From positions 3,472,001 through 3,536,000 of the forward strand of contig CP089275.1 in assembly GCA_023920165.1 (NCBI GenBank): 64,000 nucleotides of DNA, given 5' to 3'. The notes below the pieces were generated by a model. That model worked only from the letters and a program-made list of their open reading frames with translations, made no database searches and had not been told where the DNA came from. Positions 1-11,064 of the stretch are shown one piece after another. Origin of the DNA: Curvularia clavata. Its lineage: Eukaryota. Each line of letters starts with the position of its first letter. Positions within the stretch are counted from its first letter, which is position 1. The position numbers and the translations under genes are program-made.

Positions 1-3000
1 AAGTGAAGGCCTCGAACCGTGCCAGTCCCGACAAGTCGGAGCACAGGGTGCAACTCTCTGCCGTGCCCCAAGTGCTCACCGCCTATCGCTCAACCCACGA
101 CCCTGCTTCCACCACTCGACCACAGCCTCGCATCGTGCCTGGAAAAGCACATGCTCCAATGGCTGCCCTGGCCAAGGACATCATGCCCCCCAGCCCTGGC
201 GACAGGCACAGCAGCAAATGGCGTCAGCGACTCCGTAATCCCTGGGCTTGTTCCTGGACTACCCTCGCAACAACACTGGCAGCTTTTGTTGCTCTGTTTC
301 TCATGACCCAATCCTTCCTGCTCAAGCAGCAAGATGTCAAAGGATGCGGCATGTCCTACATGCGACCGACCTATACAAGATTCAATCAATTTGACACAGA
401 GCACACCCGCTTCGCAACAAAGTATTCCTTATACCTGTACCGGGAAGGCAGCTTGGACGACGATTCCAGGGCACGTTGTTCTCTTTCCCAGAGCCATCAT
501 ATGCTGACAACTCTTTCAGGTCAAGGGCGTGCCAGTGCTGTTTATTCCGGGTAACGCTGGCAGTTACAAACAAGTGCGCTCTCTTGCTGCCGAAGCTGCC
601 TACCACTACCACAATCATGTCCACCACGATGTCGAGGCTGGCAAGGCGGGAAAACGTCCTCTGGATTTCTTCTCGGTTGATTTCAACGAGGATATCACGG
701 CGTTCCACGGACAAACCTTGCTAGACCAAGCCGAATACCTCAATGACGCCATCGCCTACATCCTGTCTCTGTACCACACCCCAGGCAAATTTCATCGCGA
801 CTCTACCCTGCCAGACCCTACCTCGGTCATCATTGTCGGACACTCGATGGGCGGCGTTGTAGCCCGCACCATGCTTACCATGCCCAACTATCAGGCCAAT
901 ACGATCAACACCATTATTACGCTCGCCGCCCCCCATGCTAGACCCCCGGTCTCGTTTGACGGGGATATTGTTCGCACGTACAAGGGTGTCAACGATTATT
1001 GGCGACGCGCGTACTCACAAAAGTGGGCCATTGACAATCCACTCTGGCATGTCACCCTTATTTCGATCGCCGGAGGAAGCCTGGACACGATGATATCGTC
1101 CGACTACACCAGCATTGCCTCATTGGTCCCTGAGACGCACGGTTTCACAGTCTTCTCGACTTCCATGCCACATGTCTGGACCGGCATTGACCACTTGGCC
1201 ATCACCTGGTGTGACCAGCACAGAAAGGCGGTTGTGCGCGCCTTGTACGATGTCATTGATGTCTCACGTGCAACTCAAACTGTACCACGTGCTGAGCGTA
1301 TGCGCGGTTTCAAAAAATGGTTTCTCAGCGGACTTGAAGACGTGGCCGAGAAGACCCTGCCACAAAAGGAAGCCAAGACGCTTCTCACTCTCGAAGCAAA
1401 CAGCGCTATCGTTTCAGAGGGAGAGCGTCTTGTTCTGCGCAGCCTTGGAAGTTCCCAGCGCAAGCCAAATGCCCATCTGATGCCAGTGCCACCTCAGGCT
1501 CAGGGAAAAAAGTTTACTTTGCTTACAAGCGAGCAACTGGATGCTCCTGGTAGCCATGGCATGCTCGAGGTGCTGTTCTGTAGTGTGCTCCCTTCTCATG
1601 CCGGGCACTTGACGGCCCTTTTCTCTATGAACATGGATTTTTCCGGTGATGGTTCAGGTGCTACTCGCCTTGCTTGCAAGAACGCTGCATCCGATGTCAT
1701 TGCTCTTCCTGCGTCGACTCGTCGCTCGACATATGCATTCGAAACGAACGAGCGTCCATTCTCCTACCTCCAATACGACATGGAACATCTTGCAGAGCAT
1801 CAGTTTGTAGCCGTGGTCGATAAAGCTAGTGAGCACAACGCGGGATGGGTCGTGGCTGAGTTCAGCTCTGCTTCGGATTCACAAATCAATGTCGACACGG
1901 GCCTGCAGCGCCTCCTGACTACTGGTCTTTCACTGCGGCTCCCATCGGATCGTCCTCTGGTGACGGACATTAAAGTACCCGCGTTGAACTCTGCATTGTT
2001 GGCGTACAACATTCACGTAGGCAAGCAATCGTGCGATGCTGGAGAGCTCTTTGCTCCTCTTCTTCGTCAATACGTTACAGACGTTCATGAAAGTCGATTC
2101 TCCGTCAACGTTAGGGATGCTGGCATCAGCCTCCATGGGATTGCACCCTACATGCCACCAGCGCTCCACGCCAAGCAGCCCCAGAACGGCCTGTCCTTGC
2201 AAATCTGGTCTGATCCTACATGCGACAGCAGTGTTGAAGTCAGTCTTAGTGTCGATATTTTGGGTAGCATGGGTAAGCTGTGGATGCGCTACCGCATCGT
2301 ATTCGCTGCTTTCCCGATCCTGATTGTAGCCCTGGTCTTGCGGCAACAATTTCGAGAGTACGACGATACCGGTGTGTTCATGAGCTTCACACAGGGACTC
2401 AACGAGTGCTTGACAGGTTCCCTTCCACTGGCCCTGTCTGCGCTCACGTTTCTGTCTATCGCTTTGGCTACTGCTCAACATCAATCGAAGAAACAGGGTC
2501 TTGGTAGTAAATTCTCTACCATGACGCTGTTCGATGATGCCAACAATGAGCTACTTCTTGGTTCGGACGACACATTCTTCTGGTTCCTGGTACCGCTGTT
2601 CGGCCTAATGTGTATTGGCGTCTGCGTCGCTATCAACTATGTTGCAATGCTGATCGAGTTGGTCTTCGCATTCCTCTACTCTGTCATCATCTCAGCAAGA
2701 CTGCGAAAAGATGAGGCAAAGAGATTGCCCTCGGCTTTTGCCGTAACGTCGAACCGACGGCGTGTCATTACTACTTGTATGCTGCTGTCGCTCGTCTCAA
2801 CAGTGATTCCCTACCACTTTGCGTACGTCGTACTCTGTCTCGTACAGCTTGCAACTACCGTCCGCGCATTCCGGTTAGCAAGAGAGTCTGGCATGGACTC
2901 CAACTACAACTTCTACAACTACGCACACTCGATATTCATCCTAATGCTCTGGATCCTACCAATCAACCTCCCGGTCTTGGTAGTCTGGGTACGCAACCTT

Positions 3001-3330
3001 GCTGTCCATTGGCTAACACCCTTTTCATCTCACCACAACATCCTCTCCATCATGCCCTTCATCCTGCTGGTGGAAACACTGAGCACCGGACGAATGGTTC
3101 CCCAGGCCAATCTCCGCGTATCCTTCTTCACAAACATATTGCTTTTCTCCATTGGCGCCTACGCAGCCGTTTACGGTGTCACATACGCATTTGTGTTACA
3201 TCACCTCGCAAACATCTTATGTGCCTGGCTCGTCGCCATACATTTTGATCCCTCGACTTGGCCGCTCAAGCGAGCAGCCGGCGCAACAGAAAACCAGAGT
3301 CCTCACAGCGAGACGAAGAAACGACCATGA
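1..3330 (+). CDS. BST1: GPI inositol-deacylase (PGAP1 family), 5' end probably outside the window
   Basis: Motifs GCGMSYMRP, VPVLFIPGNAGSYKQVRS and lipase box GHSMGG, followed by multiple C-terminal TM helices. ORFs 3..554 and 529..3330 join through intron 471-519 (GC donor, CTGAC branch, CAG acceptor). Confidence 0.93.
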
Positions 3331-3425
3331 CTGCAGCGAATAGATCCAATATCAAAATTCTTTTCTCTTACCTTTCTAGCAACAGGTCTTCATCGTAGCG
3401 CGCTAGCCGCGTCTTGACGTCTGGT

Positions 3426-3880
3426 GTTTTTTTTTTTTTTTTACTTTTCCTCTTCAGCTTTTCCTTTCTCAACATCCAATACCCCTTGATATCTATTTTT
3501 TTTTTTTTCAAAAGCTTCGTATCTCTCATTCACATGCATGTCTTGGTCGTGGGGTTCACAACGAATTTGGGCGTTTTGAATCATACAGGAGTATGCATAC
3601 ATTGTGTCCATGGCTGGAAGTTCCTACTTCCGCCTCTTCAAGCGCTTTTTCTCGGTTTGCATCTTCTTCTTTTTTAAAAACTCTTCTTCTTCGTGCATAT
3701 GGGCGGCGTAAACTCATTGGATAATAAACAAGCACCTGTTTTCTAGGAGGCTGTACTGTGGAAGGGAGGTGACGGGGACGAGGTTAGATGTGGAAAGGCT
3801 GCGAGTGATGTGTATATATTGTGTAATGGGCGGTTGTGGAAGAAGAAGAAGAAGAGGAGATAGCAGGAGAAAAAAAAAGA
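3426..3880. repeat. Low-complexity tracts (poly-T runs, (AAG)n, poly-A) between the convergent BST1 and BMS1 3' ends
   Basis: T-runs near 3426-3442 and 3496-3508, (AGA)n near 3840-3855 and an A-run near 3870. Confidence 0.7.
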
Positions 3881-4110
3881 AGAATATCGAAGACATTTCG
3901 CACATTCTCTCAGAAGAGTCTTTGGACTGGCAGTGTTGCTGTGATGTAAATGTGTGATGATTGACAGACACTCATATTTCACTGCAAAGAGGGAGTCCAG
4001 GTATGTTACAACAACGAGAAAAAGCTTGGTTAAATTTCCAAATGCAGTACAACAACAAACGCCCTCCAAATTTTCTCTACCATGCAAGAATGCGCGCAAC
4101 TACACCTCCT

Positions 4111-7100
4111 TTACTTCCTTCGTTTCCCTCCGCCTCCACCCTCACTCTGCCTCGCCCTCTTCTTGCCCTCACGCGCCCAAAACTCATTCTTCTCACGCTT
4201 CTCTCTCTCAGCCCGCTTCTCGGCATTCTCCTCCACCTTCTTGCGGTACCCGTCCTTTCGCTCATCCTGCTTTTTGCGACGCCGCTCCACCTTGTCGTTG
4301 CGAATCGCCACGACCTGGCTGAGCAAGCGACGCGCCTTCTTCTCCTCGCCGCCGAGCACAACAGCCCGCTTCTGCAAGTAAGTTTGGCTTTTCTGCGGCT
4401 TGGTGATTGCAGCTTGGGATTTGAAGGGGAGGTCGGCGGCGAGTTTGCGGGGCACGCGGAGGGGGTTGAAAACGCGGGTTTGGCGCTCGATGGCGCGGTA
4501 GGCGCTGTTTTGTTGTGAGGGCGTGGAAAGACCGGCTTCGTGGCGGACGGCGCCCGTGAGACGCATGCCTTGCCATGAGGTGGATTCGCCGGGGTGCTCG
4601 GTTGGGTTGGCAGGGCATAGTAGGTTGGTGACGGTGTTGTAGAAGCGGTGCGGTTTGATGGGGTACCAGGCCCGCAGGAAGACAATATCGCTCATGAGGA
4701 TCTTGTCTTCGAATGTTGCACGGAAGTTTCCTTCGGGCTTGCTTAGGGCACGCTTGATTTGACCGCGCACACCAGATACAGTGCGTATGCTTGCGCCCTC
4801 GAACTTTGCAATTTCGAGTGCAGACTTGAACATGTCTTTGATGAAAGCCGTGTTCTTGAAAATCTTGTACGGGTGGCCGGTGAGTTTGAGCTTCTTGACG
4901 ATTTCAGTGCTTTCATCGACATTGAGGACTACACCGGTAGCCGCGATGCGGAATCCAGGAGTCTTGTTGGACAGACTTTGGACGCAGACAAAGCCGGTGT
5001 TTGGAGCGACGAGAGGTCCGTAGAAAGTACCAAAGCAGTGCATGTGCTCAGGCGTATATTTGAGCATGCGGTTCCTCGTCCGCGAGTCCGAGATGCTGTA
5101 GATGGGGGTGGTCTGGAATCGTCGCCAACCCAGTGAGAAGATGAGGGGGTCGTTTGTCTTGAGAATCTTCTTGTGCCACCGGTGACGCTTGATACGTATC
5201 TGAACGTATCCGAAGCGTTCTTCCGTTGGAGTGAGGCCACCGATCAAGACTGGGAAACGCGGGTTGAAGTGTTGTGAGAACTCGCAAGGCACGTTTTCAA
5301 GCACGATACGCACGTAGGTACCAGCACGGTGGCCCTCGACACGGACGCGGGAGGCTTCGTCTAGTTGGTCGAATTCAGCGCGGTTGATGTCCAGTTGCTT
5401 CTGAATCATGGCCTTTTGAGCATCGTACCAGTCGTCCTCGCCAAACTCTTCATCGTCGCCGCCTTCTTTCCGGCCGTCTGCCTTATCGTTCATGAAGCCG
5501 TCCCGGTCCTCCTCTTCGAATCGCAGCTTGAGCTCTTCTTTCCGCCGTGCGTTCTTCTCACGCTCTGCTTCAATGGAGTCGGCTTCGGCTTCGGCTTCGG
5601 CTTCAGTATTTTCAGCAGCACCCCCGTGCTTCTCACCAGTCTCCAAATCCTCAAATTCTCCGTCACCTTCGTCATCTTCATCAAAACCTTCAAAGTCCTC
5701 GCCATCACCATCCTCGTCACCGTCGCCACCCTTGCCGTTCATGTGACCCATAGCGAAGCGACTCTTCAGAGCCTCGACATTATCCTCGTCCTCCCACTTC
5801 TCCGCTAACTCTTCATAGTCAAATTTGGGAATGTAGCGGTCTTCGGCATTGGCGGCGTCATCGGCTTTTCGCTTGTTGAAGAAACCATCTTCATCATCGT
5901 CTTCGTCTTCTTCAATATCCTCCTCCTTCTCATCGCCCCTCCACTTTTCAATGACGGTTTGTGGCGATAGATCCATGTTGTACATCATCTTTGCAAGGTC
6001 AGTGACGCGGTAAGGTCGTTTCCGGCCGTGCATTCGTTCGGCGTTCTCCCGTAGATTGGCCTTCCATCGAGCACCGTCCTCAGCATCGTCATCGGACTCT
6101 TCTGAACCAAACTCGCCATCTTCAAGATCTTCAAGATCTGGCTCATCTCCAGATATCGAACCGAGATCAGAATCACTGTCTGCAAATGCAATGTCCTCGG
6201 CCGTCTCGTCATTGACCTCCTTTTCTTTACGTCCGAACTTGAGCTTGCTGTGGGGCGGTCCGTTGGTGTCGAGGAATCCAGTATCATCTTCGTCATCATC
6301 CGCATCACTGTGATCTTGCTGCAGCTCTTCGTCGTCGCTATCGATGCCTTCTAGGTCTGCATCATCAACCTCCTCAGCATCCGCTGCTCTGGCCGTCCGA
6401 TGCGACTTTCGGCCAGTGTCTGCAACATCATCCTCGTCAAGATTCTTGTTGTCCACCACTTGGCCATCCCTGAAAAGCCTGAAGTTGCCGTCATCTTCAC
6501 CAAGCAGTTTCCTTCCGCCCTGGAGACCAATCATCATCTGCTCGCCGAGTCCCTTCTCAGAATAGTCTGCATCGGGGTCGAATGTGGAAGTCTTGACATC
6601 GATGTAAACTGCATCCTTGTCGACAAGCACACCGCCAACATCGGACATTGGCGCATACAGAATCTTCTGCTTCTCGCCAAGTCTCGTGCGCTTCTTCTTG
6701 CCCGAAACTTTCTCGGCTTGTTTTTCTGCGAATGGTGTCGGACACGGGTCTGGTAATGCTTCGGTAGAGCTCACTGTGAGGTCACCCACACCAGGTACAT
6801 GGACTCTTGAACGCCCGGCTGGGAAATTTGTTCCGCGCAGGTAGCCGTAAAGCGCTACGGTGCGATCGCATTTCGGGTTCTGTTCAATATCCACTGGGGG
6901 TGTGATGTCCAAGAACCTATCCGCCAGACAGTAAGGATGAGAGTTCCTCCAAATCAGCGGTCGAGGATTCTTCATCACGCTCAAAAATCTCGACAGATTC
7001 ATGATCTCACGATCGGGATATCGTCCGTTGACCACGCCACTGAGGTAGAACAGCTTGGCTCCCTGATACAATTCACTCCAAAACCTGTGTTTGAGTCTCT

Positions 7101-7701
7101 TCTTCTGCAGCTTGAGTGTCTCCTGCTTTCGGAACAGGTCCAGATGTGTGAGGATACCAAAGACGTTTCCTGGCATACCACTTGCGCTCAAGACGTTGAG
7201 AAACTCCATCGTCTCCATTTCGAAACCGTAGTTGCCGTCGATCATCAACAGACATATGTCGACAACCTTTGCAATGTCGATCATGCTGGCAAGAGAGTCG
7301 GCGGGACATTCTACGAAGGTGAGGCGTCGGCGCTTTGAGGTGACGACTGTGAGAGGGCCGGTCGGCGTAGAAAGCGTTTGCTTGGTATATCTTCTGATCA
7401 AACTCTTGATGAGAGTTGTTTTTCCGACACCCGGGGGGCCAACGACACCGACAATGATTGGGGGCGCTTCTTCGGGGATGCGGTCGACGAGAGGTACATG
7501 GAGGCGCTTCTCTTTGACCTGCGACTGTCAGTTTCGGTCGCGCAAAGGTTATGACATGTTGCATACTTCTGAAGAGCGCGCAGCTTGCTTTTTTAACCTT
7601 CCAGGCGCTGCGAACGCAAAGGCTTTTGGATTCCTGTCTCCAGAGTGCGGCTTCTTCTCTTTCTTGGGCCGATGCGGCCGATTGCTCTGCTGGTCCGCCA
7701 T
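4111..7701 (-). CDS. BMS1: Ribosome biogenesis GTPase Bms1
   Basis: Exon 1 MADQQSNRPHR...NPKAFAF, intron 7519-7566, then P-loop GPPGVGKTTLIKS, DGNYGFEMETMEFL, an acidic central region and the C-terminal RIBIOP-type region (RIKRHRWHKKILKTNDPLIFSLGWRRFQT). Confidence 0.97.
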
Positions 7702-7897
7702 GCTAGTCGTGTCTCCTGTATCTCCAGCAGACACTGGAAGCGTTGAGGGGAGACTGTGAAGAGAAAAGGACTACAGAGTGGCGTGGTGCAAGGTCGGCAT
7801 TGGTCGCGCGCAGCCTTGAAGTTGAGAGCGGCAAGCAACTTTCGCGATCCCAACTTTTTCGGCGCTAAGAGACGCGCTAAGCGGCTGAGCAGGGATA

Positions 7898-7911
7898 TCT
7901 TATCGATAAGA
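7898..7911. promoter_or_regulatory. Perfect 14-bp palindrome TCTTATCGATAAGA (two GATAAG half-sites) in the BMS1 / I9 divergent promoter
   Basis: Seen directly about 200 nt upstream of the BMS1 ATG. A regulatory function is inferred. Confidence 0.5.
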
Positions 7912-8136
7912 CATGGCGCAGCACAAGGTGGGGCACGCCGCCGTGGAGGGGTCCGGTGGGCATGGACAGCGCACGTCATCGTCCGACGGCGCGTATCCAA
8001 GGCCCAAGACTGGGTGAGAGTGTATAAAGTCGGTAGTACATCTCTGGTCTTGTCAGACTATCAAGCTCCTCTACTCTTACTCCACTGCCAATACCAACAC
8101 TCCATCCGTTCAACTTCACAAGACCAACCCCAGAAA

Positions 8137-8497
8137 ATGGCCCAGTTCAACGTGAGTATTTATCCATACGTGCTTATCAAGAAACATCACATGTTGACCC
8201 CTCCTGTCCAGATCACCCTCAAGAAGGACGCTCCTAAGGAGGAGCTCGAGGCCGCAAAGAAGAAGGTCACCGACCAGGGTGGCAAGATTGTCAACGAATT
8301 TACTCTGATCAAGGGCTTCACGTACGTGCATTCCTATTGTCCCCTCTTCACGGTTAATGCACTGTGAGGTGTCATTCAGACAGACATGGTTAACAAGTGT
8401 CCCAAATAGTGCCGAGATTCCCGACGATGTCGTATCCACCCTCGAGTCCAACGAGCACGTTACCGTCGAGAAGGATCAGGAGGTCCGTACGCAATAG
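8137..8497 (+). CDS. Small peptidase inhibitor I9 family protein (~70 aa, POIA1/IB2-like)
   Basis: Three exons (8137-8151, 8212-8321, 8410-8497) with GT-AG introns give MAQFNITLKKDAPKEELEAAKKKVTDQGGKIVNEFTLIKGFTAEIPDDVVSTLESNEHVTVEKDQEVRTQ, with the typical GGKI..EF..IKGF and VE.DQ.V signatures. Confidence 0.88.
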
Positions 8498-8636
8498 AGC
8501 GCCCTGCACGAATGCGGCTGATGGCATGATAAAGATCCAGATGTAACCTGAGATGGTTGGGAAAGGCATCATGGCATAATACACGAGCAATACGGCTTTA
8601 CGAGTTACATAGCAATAATCACCAGTAGCTACACGT

Positions 8637-10182
8637 TCATCGCTGCCTCTTCTCGGCATCTTCCTTTGCCTCCTGCACACTGTCCACTCTCCCCACTCCC
8701 CTCAGACTGAGATAGACATCCGTGCCCCACCCCCACAGGCTCTGCACTGCAATACCTCCTCCAAAGTATTCGGCGTATGCTCTTCCCAATGGCAAGCCAT
8801 ATCCCAGGCCTGCAAGACTGTTTGCTCCATCCCCTCCTGCTCCTGAGAAAGCGTTCAAAGCATCCATGCCGTTGGCCGAGTGGGTTCCTGATCCTCCGGA
8901 CAGCGTCGACGAAGCTTGTGCGTCGTTGAATGTGGTGAAGCTGTAGTCCCAGATATGCTTGAGATTTTCTGGTGATATGCCACCGCCGCGGTCTCGGATG
9001 CGTATCGTTACACCAGGCGTGCTATGTTTAAGAGGAAGGATATTGGAAGCCGTCGGAGGTGTCATTGGCGACGTGTTGCCAGTAAAGCTCTGCGATACCT
9101 TGTCTACATTGCCTTGGTCGTCGTTATCAATCCTATCGTCACGTGTGCCTTTGTCTTCCTTGTTTCCTGCATCCTTATTTTCCGGTAATAGTTCGGGTAG
9201 TGGGGCTATAGTGACCTCTACGGGCTCACGCTCCATGCCGCTTTCCACAGTCGCACGGAAAGCATTCTTGAGAAGTTCGGTGATGATGTATTCGAGATGT
9301 ACGGGCACGTGTGCAAATTCGTATTCGGGCTCGCCATTAACGACGACTGTTGGTCGCACGCCGTACTTCAACTCGCAAATCTCGCCCACGACGTTGGCAC
9401 AATGATGCACAATACGTGCCGGTTTCAGCTTGGTATCAATAACGCCGATGAATCCTGGGTTTTCCTCTACGTCGTGCATGATTTCGCAATGCGGCTGGCT
9501 TGAAAAGTGTAGCGACAGATGCTGTTCTGCAATCAGCCGTGTGCCTATTCTGGCCCGCAGATGCTCGTCCAAGAACCGCGTCACATTCTTTGGGCTAATG
9601 TACTTTCTCGCTTCAAGAAAGCCTCTTGCCAGCGTGCTAATGGTATTTGCATGCGTCTGGACCAGATCGGCCATGACCTCAGTGAATTTGACCTCCTCCT
9701 CTAGTGTCTTGATCTCCTGTTCAGCCCATGGCAACAGCGTCGACAGGCTGTGCATGTAGTTGGAGTGTATTTTGGAGACATGTGGATTCGATACAACAAT
9801 GAATGGAAGGTTGCGTAGCGATTGTATGCGATGAGCGAGGCGGGCAGGCAGAATCGAGAGGGTGAAGTTGGCCGACTGGAGGAGTTGCTGAGTTGTGAGT
9901 GGTGGTCTTCCGTGTCTATCGCGCACGCGATATCAGCCAGCCAGTCTTTGTAGGAGCACGCCGCTGAGGCACAGCCACTTACTTTACGAGATCAGCGAGC
10001 GTCAGCGGATGGAGCGGAAGGCTTGCTAGATGCGAGATGTCCTGGTCAGTGACGGTCCTCGTGTGCAGCTTGCGATGGTTTGGCCGGGCAAACAGTGCGC
10101 TGCTCGATCTCCTCGCCGTGCGCGGACAGCAGAGCCGTATGACTTGCGACTGGATAATGAGAGGCCTTTGCGCCTGCGCCAT
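8637..10182 (-). CDS. Mitochondrial alpha-ketoacid dehydrogenase kinase (PDK/BCKDK family)
   Basis: Arg-rich presequence, PLTLADLVK/HGRPP across intron 9916-9982, GHKL boxes ELLKNAFRA, IRDRGGGI and AGLGYGLPL. Confidence 0.93.
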
Positions 10183-11064
10183 GGCTCCCGGTAGAATCAG
10201 AAATGTATGCGATTGCGGTTCTGCAGACGGCCAGGTGGCCTATGACTCGGCAGCGGAGATGTGAAGACGTGGATGCGAGCGAAGATGATGCAACATGAAT
10301 TCCGTCATGGAGCGATGGCTACGTCAGTAAACACAAAACTCCTTCAATGGTGTACGGAGAGTGTGATCGGTTCCAAAACCGATATTCGAGTGTTGCGTTT
10401 TGTCTCAATCGAGTCGAGGTGGAAGCTTCACCAAGCTCATGCGGGACAATGCAGGGCCTCGCCAATGTTGCGCCTGATGTCATTCGTAGGCAGGTAGCCG
10501 ACCCAATAACCAACTCGGTTGCATAAATGAGTTACTCGTTCAACTTACCTCTCACCTTTGGTAGTATCTGCAAGGCGCAAAGTCATTTCACAAATAGGAC
10601 ACATTTTCTCAAAATAATGCAAATAAAAATGTAGAATGAATTTCGGTATGTGCTTTGAATGGTATTAAAGCCTCGAACATGCAAAGTAAACGACTTTTTG
10701 ACAATCTTCGTCACCATGCTATGGTTTACTCTTGCCAGAAGCGATCTTTCAAGCTCAGGCTGGCAAGTCATCAAGTTTTTCGTGTACCCGATCGGCCTGC
10801 GCAGTAGGACCGTAGCGCAAGGTAGGGTAGCAGATCAAAGTTCCAGCCTTTGATTTTTGGATACATACTCAATGCCAATCAGGGTATCTACCAAACCATG
10901 TACACATAAGAACGTAACTATTCACAACTTGAAGTAAGGCTCAATATGGTGAATGAGTATACCACAAGAAAAAATATATCCTTTGTATATACTTAGGGTT
11001 ATTTCCAAACCCACGTTCCGGCCGCTACAACAAGCTAGCAGTCTTGCAAGCCCTCACAAATCCC

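Noticed and set aside
5581..5604. (GGCTTC)4 tandem repeat
   Set aside because: Coding microsatellite for EAEAEA in the acidic linker of Bms1; unremarkable.
3961..7759. Many 60-200 aa ORFs overlapping BMS1 on the opposite strand or in other frames
   Set aside because: Shadow ORFs caused by codon bias of the real gene, with no recognisable motifs. The same applies to antisense ORFs over the other long CDSs.
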